Source: Eledone cirrhosa (lineage: Eukaryota). Taken from it: DNA of 64,000 nt. Location of the stretch: NCBI GenBank assembly GCA_964016885.1, contig OZ024740.1, positions 244,032,001 to 244,096,000 of the forward strand. The letters run 5' to 3'. Below, piece after piece: positions 14,425 through 28,540 of the stretch (position 1 is its first letter; each line of letters opens with the position of its first letter). The position numbers and the translations under genes are program-made. Under the pieces are notes generated by a model that saw only the letters and a program-made list of their open reading frames with translations, made no database searches and was not told the DNA's origin.

Positions 14425-14817
14425 GTATCTATATGTTTATATATACATAAGCCTCGATTTAAAAATAAGTTCCTATTCTCTCTACTTTTTCCTTGATTTC
14501 TTGTATTATATTTTCTTTCTCTCTGTCTTTTGCAAAAAAAGCACAGCTTGAAACGTTACATACTGACTTGGCCACATTCCCTGCTCGTTAATCTAATATT
14601 CACAATTTGCACCATCTTCCATCTTGTTATATATATATTTATATTATAAAGCTGACGGCCGTATGTAGGTAACAAACTTTCCGCCAAACGGCTGGACCAA
14701 ACAGCACCAAATTTGCACCATAGATGTAACTTTTTCCAAGTAAAAACCGAGGGTATTTTCGTCTTCTGAATATTGTTAAAAATTTAAAGGCATTATTTAA
14801 ATATTCACTTCTTTAAA

Positions 14818-14870
14818 AGTACCAGTAATACACTGGTATAATTGCTGGCCTTGTGCCAAAAGTAGAAACA
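14818..14870 (+). mobile_element. 5'-truncated S1 SINE with 27-bp target-site duplication
   Basis: attatttaaatattcacttctttaaaa on both sides of a SINE tail. Confidence 0.8.
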
Positions 14871-14934
14871 ATTATTTAAATATTCACTTCTTTAAAATTT
14901 TCAAATGTCAACACTTCCGGTTATACGACATTCC

Positions 14935-15105
14935 TAACGTCTTCACGAACCAAAGTATCATCTTCCTGTTTTCTTTCGGTTGCAACGGTTTTCGAAATAT
15001 TTACTTCTGCGTTCAGAGATTGAATTTTTTAGTTTTAGAAGATCCCGTTAAGGGTGAAAGCTGCGATTCGTTGCTTAAACTTTAATCTGTTATTTTAATA
15101 TATAT
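14935..15105 (+). repeat. Diverged copy of repeat family P1 (see 62441-63240)
   Basis: agaagatcccgttaagggtgaaagc...gcttaaactttaatctgttattttaata shared with 17773-17972, 21256-21492 and 62441-62700. Confidence 0.75.
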
Positions 15106-16202
15106 ATACAATTATATATTCGTGTTCAGATATTTTTGCATACACAAAAACAAAATATAAACAAACGTATTTATTTCACGAAAGCACAGACGGCTTATCG
15201 TCATTGTTACTGCCGATATGCCACCCAATAAGTCCTACCCTGGCCGCAAGATCAGATTTTCCAGAAGAAAAAAATGTTACTAGAGCAACAGAGAGACTAA
15301 GCTTCGCGATTACCATCAACAAAGCTCAGGGTCAAACCCTAAAAGTGGCTGGCCTTCATGGGAAAACCATGGTCAATTGTATATAGGATGCTCTAGGGTG
15401 AGCTCGCCAAACAATCTCTTCATCTTTGCTCCCGAGGGCCGAACAAAAAATATTCTATACTCTGAGGCTGTAACAATGTAATTTATGTATTTTCTGTTAC
15501 TTGGAATTTCCATTATGGTTGTAAAAATTATTGTAAAGTTTGTTAAAAAATTTGTTCTCTGTTCAACCTTTATTGTTGTAACTATCAATTTTCTTTAACG
15601 TACTGGCTGAGAAAAGAAACCTACAACGAAAGAACATCTTAAAGTTTACCCAAGCCAAATGTTGTATTTATAAACATTTCTATCTGCAGGTTCTTAGCAA
15701 GCTTTAGTATGGTATTCAATTCTCATATCGTTTTTGATTGATATGGTGCATATATCGCAGCTATTCATATGTTTTAAACATTAGATAACGATTGCTGATG
15801 TATATTTTACGACAGAATTAGCTGAAAAATATTTTGAATGAACAAATAAAAGAGATATAAGAGAGATGTTTGTTTGTTGGTTCCTTCGCGTATCACACGA
15901 AAAAAAACGAAAAGTGACAATCGGAAAGTATGTACAGGATTTGGATAAGAATATACCCAGGAAAGTTTATTGATACTAATTTTATAACACCAAAGAAGAA
16001 GAAAGACATACCACGTATGCTAACCAACCTGACTGCTATTTCTAGCAGGTTGGGAATCAACCATAAGGAATTCTCTCTGCGAGTTCGTTGTCATTGATGA
16101 TCGTGTTTCGCGGCCTATGTCTCCGATTCCAACGGTGGTTTACACACACACACGCACACGCACACACACACGAACAGGCACACACACGAACACTCACATA
16201 GG

Positions 16203-16282
<80 letters not shown>

Positions 16283-16319
16283 CACACACACATACACACG
16301 AACACTCACACACACACAT

Positions 16320-16350
<31 letters not shown>

Positions 16351-16489
16351 CACACAAACACACACACACACACAATACACACAATACACAGACACTGTAA
16401 ACAAGACAATACATTCAATACAGACGTTTCTCTTCTGCCGGTCTTCTCTTATCATTTGTTAACCTTGGCGAAGCTGGGTACCTCAGCTA

Positions 16490-16520
<31 letters not shown>

Positions 16521-16710
16521 TATAGGCTTTCCTGTATATATATATATATATATATATAGATATAGGCTTTCCTGTATATATATATATACTGTAAAAAGAT
16601 TTATGTAATTCACTTGGAGAACTCAACGTGTATTATCCACACAGGAGTGACAGAGTATTTTTAGAATAAGGAAATACAAAGTTTAGATGATAAAGTCCGT
16701 TATTGATAAG

Positions 16711-17120
16711 GGACTTTATCATCTAAACATTATATTTTCTTATTTTATATATATATAAAGGACTTTATCATCTAAACATTATATTTTCTTATTTTATATA
16801 TATATAAAGGACTTTATCATCTAAACATTATATTTTCTTATTTTATATATATATAAAGGACTTTATCATCTAAACATTATATTTTCTTATTTTATATATA
16901 TATAAAGGACTTTATCATCTAAACATTATATTTTCTTATTTTATATATATATAAAGGACTTTATCATCTAAACATATTTTCTTATTTTATATATTTATAA
17001 AGGGCTTTATCATCTAAACATTATATTTTCTTATTTTATATATATATAAAGGACTTTATCATCTAAACTTTATATTTTCTTATTTTATATATATATAAAG
17101 GGCTTTATCATCTAAACTTT
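16711..17120 (+). repeat. 49-bp minisatellite, about 8 units, inside an inverted repeat (16640-16698 / 17100-17158)
   Basis: Unit ggactttatcatctaaacattatattttcttattttatatatatataaa starting at 16711, 16760, 16809, 16858, 16907, 16956 and onward. Confidence 0.9.
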
Positions 17121-17176
17121 GTATTTCCTTATTCTGAAAAGACCCCGTCATTCATGTGTGCGTGTGTGCGTGCGCG

Positions 17177-17222
<46 letters not shown>

Positions 17223-17377
17223 TGTGTGTGTGTCTGTGTGGTGTGTGAATCCCGGGTTCAATTGGGGGTAACTACAGTAAGTAAGGTACTCAATACATAG
17301 CAGAGAATAAATATTTAATATAGAAATGGCTTCTATTGCACTAGAACTGTTTCAATCCAAGGAAATCATCAGGAAAG

Positions 17378-17472
<95 letters not shown>

Positions 17473-17625
17473 GTAGGAACAAAAATCACGAGCACTCTAT
17501 CTCAAAATTATTTTTGAAAAGCATAAGAAATGCGCAACCGGTAAATACTTAAAACTAAAACTGAATACTAACTATTTTTCACTGGGAAAAATTTGTCAGC
17601 ATTTTCTTTTCCTTTTTACTAATAT
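17473..17625 (+). repeat. Solo fragment of the Penelope-like terminal repeat seen at 28704-29057 and 30391-30742
   Basis: ctctatctcaaaattatttttgaaaagcat..aaatgcgcaaccggtaaa shared. Confidence 0.8.
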
Positions 17626-17659
17626 ATCACAACTCGTGTGTCACACCTCTAATATTTTT

Positions 17660-17715
<56 letters not shown>

Positions 17716-17721
<6 letters not shown>

Positions 17722-17972
17722 GCCCTCTTTGGATTTTAGTCTTCAAATTTATTATTCTTACTATATATATATAGTAAGAATAATAAATTTGAAGACAAAA
17801 TCCAAAGAGGGCTCGATAAGGATAAATATATATCAAATATATATGAACCGTAGAGCAAATATTTATTAAAATAACAGATTAAAGTTTAAGCAAAGAATCG
17901 CTTCTTTCACCCTTAACGGGATCTTCTGAAGCGATTCTTTGCTTAAACTTTAATCTGTTATTTTAATAAATA
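17716..17972. repeat. Double fold-back of family P1 between (TA)n tracts
   Basis: Hairpin 17716-17818 around a short TA tract; second inversion at about 17929. Confidence 0.85.
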
Positions 17973-18419
17973 AATATATATATATATATATATATATACA
18001 TTCATACATACATACATACACACACACATTTATATATGCTCACACGTGTATGTAATTTATTTACTAACATTCTTTTGAACTACATTATAAGAATAGTTTT
18101 TGAAAATGAAGTGCTAGACACAAAATACAACAATTATCAATCTTTGAATTCTTACCTGATGAAAAGAAGTAAAAAATGATGAGCATGCTTTTTTTCACCA
18201 AATTTCAAATAATTGTAAATCCAATTCTTGTTTGTTTTCATTCATCTTTGTTTTTGTTTGCGTGGTTTAAACAAATTTTGTTTTTAAAATTGAGTATATA
18301 AATAATATATATATATATATAGTAATAATAATAAATTTGAAGACTAAAATCCAAAGAGGGCTCGATAAGGATAAATATATATCAAATATATAAGAACCGT
18401 AGAGCAAATATTTTAATAA

Positions 18420-18486
<67 letters not shown>

Positions 18487-19455
18487 ATATATATTGCCTT
18501 TTCACAAGGTGGAGCTGGGCGCAGTCTTTACATCAATGATCCTGAACTTGAGTGAAATGATTTGAATATTTTGCGAGGCAATTTCTAATATTTTCATTAT
18601 ATATTTTAAAGACTACATGGATATGTTTTTATATAAAGGCGGGACCTCAACATTTTGGGGGATGTCGTGTTGGTGCAAAAATGAACTACTATACTACGTG
18701 GTCGTATGAATTGTTGTAAATAGCAGCCTATCCTAACTTCCTCTAAATAGACTCTTAAAATAAAACAGAAAAAAAGGAAAGATGGACAGATTTGGATAAC
18801 CTAATCCAGGTGTAATATACCTAGAAAATAAACAACAATTAAATTCGGGGTGACGATGATGGGAAGGGCTTTGATCTGTTCAAGGAGAAGTGACCTGGGG
18901 TTAACAACCTTAACAGTAATAACTGTTCGACTGTTAAGAAGACTGTTAATATAAAAGAGACACTATTGAAGACTACTGATTAATGCAGGTGACAGTTAAA
19001 TCAGGCATGACTGATAAAGACGCACAAGTACACACGCACGCACACGCATACACATTTTCACACACACATATAAACGTGCACAGACACAAACACAGACACT
19101 CCTGTTTATAAGCACATACTCACAGACACGTATACACATATACGCATGAGATACAGATGCACAAGCACACGGACACACAGACACACATACACTCATTGAC
19201 GTAACTCTATATCACCATAGATATTTATTGATACATATATGCATGCATACATACATACTTGCACACATGCATACAGACATACGTACATACTTACATACAT
19301 GCATATATATACATATATGCATATATACATATATACATATATACACTAGATATAAACATACAAACAAGCCACCATAGTAAAAAGTGTGGTAGCAGCTAAA
19401 GTGTATGATAAAGTTGTATCTGTATACACGCAGTGTGTAACCGAGACTGGCCAAC

Positions 19456-19521
<66 letters not shown>

Positions 19522-19539
19522 AGACTTTGGGAGGGTCAT

Positions 19540-19622
19540 GTTGCCAAGTACTCTACTACCCTAAATATTGAGTACTTTGGTGCGTTATGGTCCACCTGGT
19601 TCCTTACCACATTTCATTCGTT
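19540..19622 (+). repeat. 3'-terminal fragment of family P2 (see 48779-50291)
   Basis: Reverse complement of 48770-48840, followed by (TA)n. Confidence 0.8.
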
Positions 19623-19640
19623 ATATATATATATATATAT

Positions 19641-19877
19641 CTAGGGCGGGTAAAATTCCCGAGATCCATGGACGAGTTCTCTCCAGCGGTCTCTGTCCCT
19701 CATTATCGCTGCCATGTCCTGCCTCTCCAACAGACCAGTGTCTGTCCTTAGGTCATCAACATACGTTAACCTTGGTCTTCCTCTTCCAGTGTGTCCATGT
19801 AGGGACTCCCACAGGAGCACTGAGTGCAATGTCAACTCTGGATGTCGGTAAGCATGTCCAGCTAGCCTCAGTCTCCT
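19641..19877 (-). mobile_element. RTE LINE 3' end (family R2), in (TA)n
   Basis: VLLWESLHGHTGRGRPRLTYVD...MRDRDRWR; matches 43002-43238 and 59335-59555. Confidence 0.85.
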
Positions 19878-19998
19878 CTATATAATGTAGATAGTATGGT
19901 GTTGGTACCAAATCAAACACTCTATGCATAGGCAGAGTGTATATAATAGAAAAAACGAGTTAGTTTCGTTTACATATGAAACATTTATTGTGTATCGA

Positions 19999-20088
19999 TC
20001 TGTTACGCGCGTTTCGCAGAGGGTAAGCTCAAGGTGACCGATAGGAGTTATGGACCCGACTCCAGAATCGATCTGCTCCTCAGACTGG
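19999..20088 (-). ncRNA. Type-I hammerhead ribozyme motif
   Basis: Minus strand cagt-CTGAGGA-gcaga...tctgc-GAAAC-GCGC-GTA-acag; intact core, palindromic stem III, imperfect stem I. Confidence 0.75.
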
Positions 20089-20421
20089 TGATGCGACAAA
20101 AGATATATTTTTTTTGTGGTATGTGGGCCCAGAAGGTATATATATCTAGGCATCAATATATCTAGGCATCAGCCCTATTTTTTGTGTGTGGGCGTATGTG
20201 TGTATTTTGGTGTAATTGGCGGGGCGGCAATGCGGGTGTGTATTCACCCTGTGCTAGTTTATCGTGTCGGTAAAAACATTTCCTGTTTTTATCAAAGAAT
20301 TAAAAAAAGGTATTGTCTGGTTGTGGATAGTATTGAGAGGAAGAAATTCAACAACATAGACAGCCAGGCATAGACATACAGACGCGCACAGACATGTATA
20401 TACACCCACATATACATAGAT

Positions 20422-20485
<64 letters not shown>

Positions 20486-20505
20486 TCTCTCTATTCATAT
20501 ATATA

Positions 20506-21024
<519 letters not shown>

Positions 21025-21026
21025 GA

Positions 21027-21143
21027 AGGCGCGTGGCTGAGTGGTTAGGGAATTGGATTCGCAATCGTAAGGTTGTGAGTTCGATTCCTGGACCAGGCGA
21101 TGCGTTATGTCCTTGAGCAAGACACTTTATTTCACGTTGCTCC
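21027..21143 (+). mobile_element. tRNA-derived CORE-type SINE, 5' part
   Basis: A box tggctgagtgg, B box gagttcgattcc, CORE-like tgtccttgagcaagacacttt. Confidence 0.7.
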
Positions 21144-21255
21144 TTCTACCTGGAGTTGCGACCGATAGATAGTATTAGCAATTGGAAAGACCAACGGAAA
21201 CATTGTTCCCTCGGTCCGATTTGACGAAAGTCGATCGTCTTCTATATATATATAT

Positions 21256-21489
21256 ATATTTATTAAAATAACAGATTAAAGTTTAAGCAAAGAATCGCTG
21301 CTTTCACCCTTAACGGGATCTTCTGAGTTTCAGAAGATCCCGTTAAGGGTGAAAGCACCGATTCTTTGCTTAAACTTTAATCTATTATTTTAATAAATAT
21401 TTGCTCCACGGTTCTTATATATTTGAAATATATTTATCCTTATCGAGCCCTCTTTGGATTTTAGTCTTCAAACTTATTATTATTATTAT

Positions 21490-21492
<3 letters not shown>
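21256..21492. repeat. Family P1 fold-back (arms 21256-21326 / 21330-21400) between (TA)n tracts
   Basis: ...cccttaacgggatcttctga-gtt-tcagaagatcccgttaaggg... Confidence 0.9.
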
Positions 21493-21547
<55 letters not shown>

Positions 21548-21872
21548 TCAAGGTTTAGCAAATAACAAAATGTTTTAAAATAAATTTTAAAAAGTTCACT
21601 GTACCTGCTGTAATTACCCTTACCGTACGGTTTCAAGTCTCAAACTAAATGGATAATCCATGCGGAAATCCATTGAAAAGGAAGACTCTCGTCAGAGGGT
21701 TCTTTTCGCTCGGAGAATATAAAATTCCCGAGTTCAAATCACGAACTGGCGCTATTCAAAATTGTTCCCGAGATGAGAGTGTATATATATATATATATAT
21801 ATATAATAGTAGAACACTGGTGGGTTATATCCGTAGTAGTAGAGCACTCAGTCCATGGGACCAGTTTGGTAG

Positions 21873-22055
21873 AAGTAGTTCCACAATAGTTAGTTCACCA
21901 TATCGAGAACAATTGTTTCGTCTTATTCGGATCCTCAACTCGGTCTAAATGAAGTTGTTTTTCTTTTTCCGTACAACTTTATTTAGACCGAGCTGATGAT
22001 CCGAATAAGGTGAAAGAATTGTTCTGGGTATGGTGAACTAACTGTTGTGGAAGTA

Positions 22056-22058
<3 letters not shown>
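21873..22058. repeat. Inverted repeat carrying a minimal HHR motif in each arm (21904-21942 minus; 21989-22027 plus)
   Basis: Consensus cgag-CTGATGA-tccgaataagg-GAAAC-AATT-GTT-ctcg; each arm has a different lesion. Confidence 0.75.
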
Positions 22059-22091
<33 letters not shown>

Positions 22092-22140
22092 TGACGTAAA
22101 ATAAGAAAATTACAAAAATTAACTTACTTACTAAAATTTC

Positions 22141-22223
22141 ACTCCAACTAATTAGTTTCTGAAAGGGAATAAACATGGTTTCCAAATGGAAAGCATGGAG
22201 AAGCCGTTTCGTCATCAGGAAGT
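22141..22223 (-). ncRNA. Type-I hammerhead ribozyme motif, intact core
   Basis: Minus strand acttc-CTGATGA-cgaaa...tttca-GAAAC-TAATTA-GTT-ggagt. Confidence 0.8.
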
Positions 22224-22301
22224 CTGTTCTCAACTAAGATACCTGGCGATGCGTGGACACAGGGAACTTATACAAAAATAATTCACTGGATGGAAAAAAA
22301 C

Positions 22302-24816
22302 AAAGCTGTTAGCTGGGTCCGAGTGGCAACAAATCCACGATACGGTCTTTGAAAGACCAAAACGGACGCATGCTACTTGACCCCAAGCTGATGTGCGCAG
22401 CCTTTCAGCGGCATTTTGCGCAACTGCTCGAGCAGAGTGGCGGTGCGTCGAACGGACCTCGGTTCATACCTCGACGGCCTGCCGCGTCTCTCGAGCATGG
22501 ACGCCGAGTTCTGCGAAAGAACGATCACAGCCACTGAGATACGGGACGCTCTGGGCCGCTGCGGGAAACGCAAATCACCCGGTCTAGATTGTCTACCCTA
22601 TGAGTTTTACATAGGAATGCTGGACTTGTTCTCTGGCGTCCTGGAGGCTGTCCACAGCAACTGACAACAGAACGGGAGAATTCCCAGTTCTGCAGGAAAG
22701 GGCGTAGTAACGCTGATCAGGAAAGACGAGAACAAGGGGACAAACTAAGCAACTTTAGGCCCATAACTCTGCTCAACACAGAGTTAAAGATTTTGGCCAA
22801 GGTGTTGGCAACGAGGTTGTCGTCGAGAACCTGGTAGGAAAAGCTCAAACGTGTGCAATCCCGACCAGCTCTATACACGACAACCTCCACCTCATGCGAT
22901 ACATCATAGAGAGGGTGGGGTGTAAACCCGGCTTTGGTTGGGCTCTGATCAACTTAAATCAGTCTAAGGCGTTTGATAGGGTCGACCATCGATACTTGGA
23001 AGCGGTTCACAAGGCGGCCGGTTTCGGACCCGTCTTCAGAGGCTGGATCGCCGCAATGCACACCAACATCTGCTCGATGGTCAAGGTCAACGGCTACCTA
23101 TCGGAGCCGTTCGCAATTAGGCGTTCCATCCGACAGGGATGCCTTCTCTCCTCCATTCTGTACGTACTGACTCTAGAGCCACTACTGCGGAAGCTGGAGC
23201 TGTTGCATGGCATTCCGTTGGAACCGGGACTGCGGAAAGCGGCATTGGCTTATGCCGACGCCGTGACGGTAATGGTGTCGGAAGCCTCCGAAATCGGGGC
23301 GGTCTGCAACTTACTGCAGGAATACGAAAGGTTCAAAAGAGCAAAACTACTGAACCCGGACAAGTCTGTCGGTTTGCAGCTCGGAACGTGGAGAGGCAAA
23401 CCGATGCCGTCCGACAGCGTCGTCGGACGCTGTACGGACGGACCGGTGAAATTGCTCGGGGTCTGGTTCGGTCCGGACCTCCAGGTGAAGAAGAACTGGA
23501 ACGAGGTCACGACCAAGGTATTTGCGCTCACCCAGAAGTGGGAAGAGTGCAACCTATCCTTGAAAGATCAAGCGGAGATGGCGAACACTTTCATAGCGTC
23601 CGTCATCTACTACCGCTTGACCGTCGTACCTTGTCGCCGTGAACACCTCGCCAAGATGGAATGCATGCTCTTCCAGTTTCTGTGGAAGAAGCAGGCTCCG
23701 CTGGTGAGGAGATCCGTCTGCTGTCAGCACCCTTCCAACGGAGGGCTGGAAATGCCGTGGCTGATGATGCGCAAACATGCGCTGAGACTGCAGCATCTCC
23801 AGGTATTCCTCACTGACCAACCGGTGCGGGAACCGTTTGTGAGACAGGCTTTCCCGCAGCTTGTCTCGCTAACGGAGGTGCAGTCCTGGGTTAAGCAGAG
23901 ACCGAAAACGATGGGCGCCTGGTACATTGAATGAGCTCAGGCGCTCGCAGTCCTCTGGCAAGCGGGCACAGCAATCAGTGGAGGCTCCACTTCGACATTC
24001 TATAGAGGGATTGTACGTTACAAGGGCGTCGAAAACGATGAGCTCACCAGTCTGTTTGGTAGGACTTTCCGCCTGGGACCTATGGACAACTTCTAGAGGT
24101 CCCTGGACTGGCAATGATACCGAGGAGCTCTACCAGTTCGTGACATGAATCTACAGGCACGGATGTTCTGGCAGAGATCCTTCCAAGAGGACGTGTCCAA
24201 GATGCAATTGTACATTGCCCGGGCGTAACCGACCTATGGAACTACGCGGAACGACTGCTGTCACGTATGGGACAAATCCAGTTGACTGCCGAGTCCATAG
24301 TAAGGATCAAACCGCCAACTTCTTTCAAAAACGAAAGAGAGGCGGTTTTCCTCTGTATAGTGGATATGGTGAAAGAGGTTATATGGTGGACGAGATTGAG
24401 AGGACTGAGGACAGATGCCTTTCTCTCCCGACAACAACTCATTTCCTTCTTTACCACTTTTACCACTTTAGAAGGAGAATCAGAATGGAGAGAGAGACAC
24501 TGCACCCCAGTAAATTTACTGAAAGGTGGGTGAATGTGGCAAAAATGGCCGAGTGCTTGGGCCTTCTCTGTATATATACCTGTAGGCTGAAGAAGAGAGC
24601 AAAAAGAAGAAAGGAGAACTTGCACAACACGCTCCTGAAGTTGAGGGTTGTCTTATCGACGGGGTATTAAACAACCCATTTGTAGCACCTCCCCCCTATT
24701 GGGGATTTCGATTGTTATAATTGTTTGTTTTATATTTTTTTATACGATTGTATGTAAAATCCCCGTCATGTCTTTGTTTTGTCCCCTTTTCTTGTGCGCC
24801 CTTGTGGCTCATAAAG

Positions 24817-24820
<4 letters not shown>
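22302..24820 (+). mobile_element. Tx1/L1-like LINE (subfamily A), 5'-truncated, degenerate, ending in (TC)n
   Basis: KSPGLD, KAFDRVDH, QGCLLS, YADA, KLLGVWFG (ORF 22894-23934). Confidence 0.88.
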
Positions 24821-24896
<76 letters not shown>

Positions 24897-24959
24897 ATCT
24901 CTATATATAATAAAATCAAACAAGGACGAATGGTTTCTCCTTCATTACGTTTATTGGTT

Positions 24960-25044
24960 GATGACGCGCGTTTCACTATTGATCAGCTCAAGGTTCGGTC
25001 TGTATTGATCTAGCCCGACTCTGTAATGAATGGCCCATCGGACC
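24960..25044 (-). ncRNA. Degenerate HHR motif related to 19999-20088
   Basis: GAAAC-GCGC-GTC intact; core CCGATGG (two lesions); shares agctcaagg and cccgactc with the 20 kb copy. Confidence 0.45.
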
Positions 25045-25147
25045 TTGTTGGTGGTAATGACAGCTCTACACCTCGATACCGACGTGAACCTATACACCGA
25101 GTGCTCACCCAGGTGAACCTACAGTAACTCCGCGTTACAACCCCTGG

Positions 25148-25187
<40 letters not shown>

Positions 25188-25949
25188 AGAAGTTTATTGG
25201 CATCCCAACAAATTATTGGGATTCCAACAAACTTAAAAGTATATAACTGATATAGAGCACTAAACTGGTAATAGAGTAAATATTCAATATATTAATAAAT
25301 GGAAACTATATTTATAAAACCATAATTATGTTATTATATATATTTCAAGGGCGACCAACCAAACTTATAGATATAAAGTAGAAGCATAGGATAAAATATA
25401 GATATAAGGATAGATATATGAGTGGATAGATGTGTATATCATGTTATAGATGATAAATTATGAGGGATACTAGTTTATATTTAGTGTAAGTATTTAAATT
25501 AAATTAAATTAACTGAGTTAATAAGATTACTTATATGTTTTTAATGTTTTACATTGGAAAAATATTGAAAATCCCAGTTGTGTTTATTTATTAGTTATTA
25601 TGAGATAATTTTGACAAAGATATGCTTAAAGATATATTTAGCCAGAGTTAGTTATTGGTTATAACTCTAATATTAAATAATTAAAAAATAAAAAATTATT
25701 AAAAGTATAAGAAAATATTAAAAACATTAAAATATTAAGATTATAAAATATTAAAAATTCTAGACAAAATTCTTGAAAATTCCTGGAAAAACTTTCAAAG
25801 AGATTTTTAAAAGATCTCAAAAAACCTCAGAAGATACTCAAGGACCTTTTAAAAAACATTTAAAAAGTGTTTAAAATTAATTAAAAAGCTAAAATTATTC
25901 AGAAAATATAATTAAAAACCTAAAATTATTCAGAAAATATAAAGAAATA

Positions 25950-26130
25950 ATTGTTTCTACTTTAGGCACAAGGCCAGCAATTAACCAGTGCATTACTGGT
26001 ACTTTATTTTTATCGACCCCGTAAGGATGAAAGGTAAAGTCAACCTCGGCGGGATTTGAACTCAGATCGTAAAGGAACGTAACTATGCTGGAAAGCATGG
26101 CGTCCGACCCTCTACCGATACTGCCAATCC
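25950..26130 (-). mobile_element. S1 SINE inserted in the left arm of the inverted repeat only
   Basis: A/B boxes and core; absent from the right arm at about 27485. Confidence 0.85.
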
Positions 26131-28540
26131 AATAATATTAAGAAATAATATTAAGAAATAATATTAAGAAATATTTAAAAATACTTAAAAATACTTAAAA
26201 ATATTTAAAAAATATTAGAAAATTACTAAAAAATATATTAAAAATATTAAGATAACCCAAATAATCCTTAAAAATAGTTTTTTTGGAAATAAGTAATTTT
26301 AAAAAATATATTTCAGTAATTTTTCTAAAAAGATTATGAGATATCTACTACTATGAACCTAGCACAAAATATAAATAGAATCAATAATAGAAATCTAAAC
26401 CTTAACCAGAATAGCACTAATACCTCAAGCAATATCCAATATAATAATACTGTTCCGAATAATATAAACTCTGATAAATGTAATTGTAGAATTAAATCTA
26501 ACTATCCTTTAAAAAATAACTGTTTAGTTAAAAATATGGTCTATAAATGCAATGTCAAAACCAATGATAATATTTTTAACTATGTTGGCTCAACTTCTAT
26601 AGACTTTAAATCTCGTTTCAATAACCATAAATGTTCGTTTAATAATTGTTTCTACGTTAGGCACAAGGCCAGCAATTAACCAATGCATTACTGGTACTTT
26701 ATTTTATCGACTTTACTAATATTGGTAAAAAATCTTCAACTTCTCTATCCAACTTGATATGGAACTTAACATCCAAAAATAGAGACTATTTTTTAACTTG
26801 GAATGTAATTTCAGGGGCACCCGCTTACAAAAACACATCTTTATCTAAATTTTGCAAATTGTGTTGAGGAAATTTTCTTCATACTTAAATGTAAGAACTC
26901 CATTAATATACGTAAGAATTTATTTAGTTCTTGTAAACTTCGCCAAAACTCAACTTTTAGATCTATATATAAAATATAATTACACGTTTAATTTTTTCTA
27001 CATAATGTTTACTTTATCGAAACACCTATAATTTCATTTCTTAAATTATATGCATATATGTTCATAAATTCTAAATATTTAAATTTAATGTAATTCTAAT
27101 TTTAATATCTTTTACTTCTTAAATATATATAATTTACTTCTTAAATCTTTACTTTTTAATATTTTTACTTCTTAAATATTTTTACTGCTTAAATCTTTTA
27201 TTGTACTTATAAATATCTCATTTTTTATCTTTATTTTTCATCCTTATTTTTATCCTTATTTTTTATCTTTAATTTATCTTACTTCTAAAATATCTCATAA
27301 TCTTTTTAGAAAAATTACTGAAATATTTTTTTTTTAAATTACTTATTTCTCAAAAAACTATTTTTTAAGGATTATTTGGGTTATCTTAATATTTTAATAT
27401 ATTTTTTTAGTATTTTTCCTATATTTTTAAATATTTTAAAGTATTTTGAAGTATTTTTAAGTATTTAAAAATATTTGTTAATATTATTTCTTTATATTTT
27501 CTGAATAATTTTAGGTTTTTAATTATATTTTCTGAATAATTTTAGCTTTTTAATTAATTTTAAACACTTTTAAATGTTTTTTAAAAAGGTTTTTGAGTAT
27601 CTTCTGAGGTTTTTTGAGATCTTTTAAAAATCTCTTTGAAAGTTTTTCCAGGAATTTTCAAGAATTTTGTCTAGAATTTTTAATATTTTATAATCTTAAT
27701 ATTTTAATATTTTTAATATTTTCTTATACTTTTAATAATTTTTAATTTTTTAATTATTTAATATTAGAGTTATAACCAATAACTAACTCTGGCTAAATAT
27801 ATCTTTAACATATCTTTGTCAAAATTATCTCATAATAACTAATAAATAAACACAACTGGGATTTTCAATATTTTTCCAATGTAAAACATTAAAAACATAT
27901 AAGTAATCTTATTAACTCAGTTAATTTAATTTAATTTTATTTAAATACACTAAATATAAACTAGTATCCCTCATAATTTATCCCCTATAACATGATATAC
28001 CCATCTATCCACTCATATATCTATCCTTATATCTATCCTTATATCTATATTTTATCCTATGCTCCTACTTTATATCTATCTATTTTAAATCTATTTTTTA
28101 ATATATTTTAATATATTTTAATATATTTTAATATATTTTAATATATCTTTATATTTATTTTTTTCTATATATCTAATTTTCTATATACTTATAATAGTAA
28201 ATAAATATTTATTATAATAGAATCCTAACAATTATTAGTAAATATACGTAACATAAATATGTAACATAAACATAAGACTTATTTACGTTATATGAACTCA
28301 TCCTCGGATAAGCTTCTTTCTTCTTCACTCTATTTCTACATATACTAATATTTTACTTTTCTCTCTCTTCTTCGCACAGCGTAATTTAAATAAACGGTTG
28401 TTTTTTCAATTTTTCTGACATGCATTTGCATATTCACACATAACTTTGAATTACCCTTAATACATTTTCACTATCCAGCGAATTTTCAACCGTCAAGGTT
28501 GTTTTCCAAGGTTATATCACTATTTATTAAACAAATTTTG

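Larger units (their letters stand above)
14622..16490 (+). mobile_element. Internally deleted Helitron with PIF1-helicase C-terminal remnant (about 15290-15480)
   Basis: RLSFAITINKAQGQTLKVAGL..HGQLY.GCSRV...APEGRTKNILYSEAV; 3' hairpin ccttggcgaagctggg followed by CTAG (16487-16490); 5' TC..tatatataaagctga boundary approximate. Confidence 0.7.

Noticed and set aside
16711-17120. Regular 49-bp repeats as a CRISPR array
   Set aside because: No unique spacers, no cas genes, eukaryotic context; it is a minisatellite
21027-21100. tRNA gene
   Set aside because: A/B boxes are present but there is no proper acceptor stem and it runs into a CORE-like SINE body; the same applies to the S1 heads
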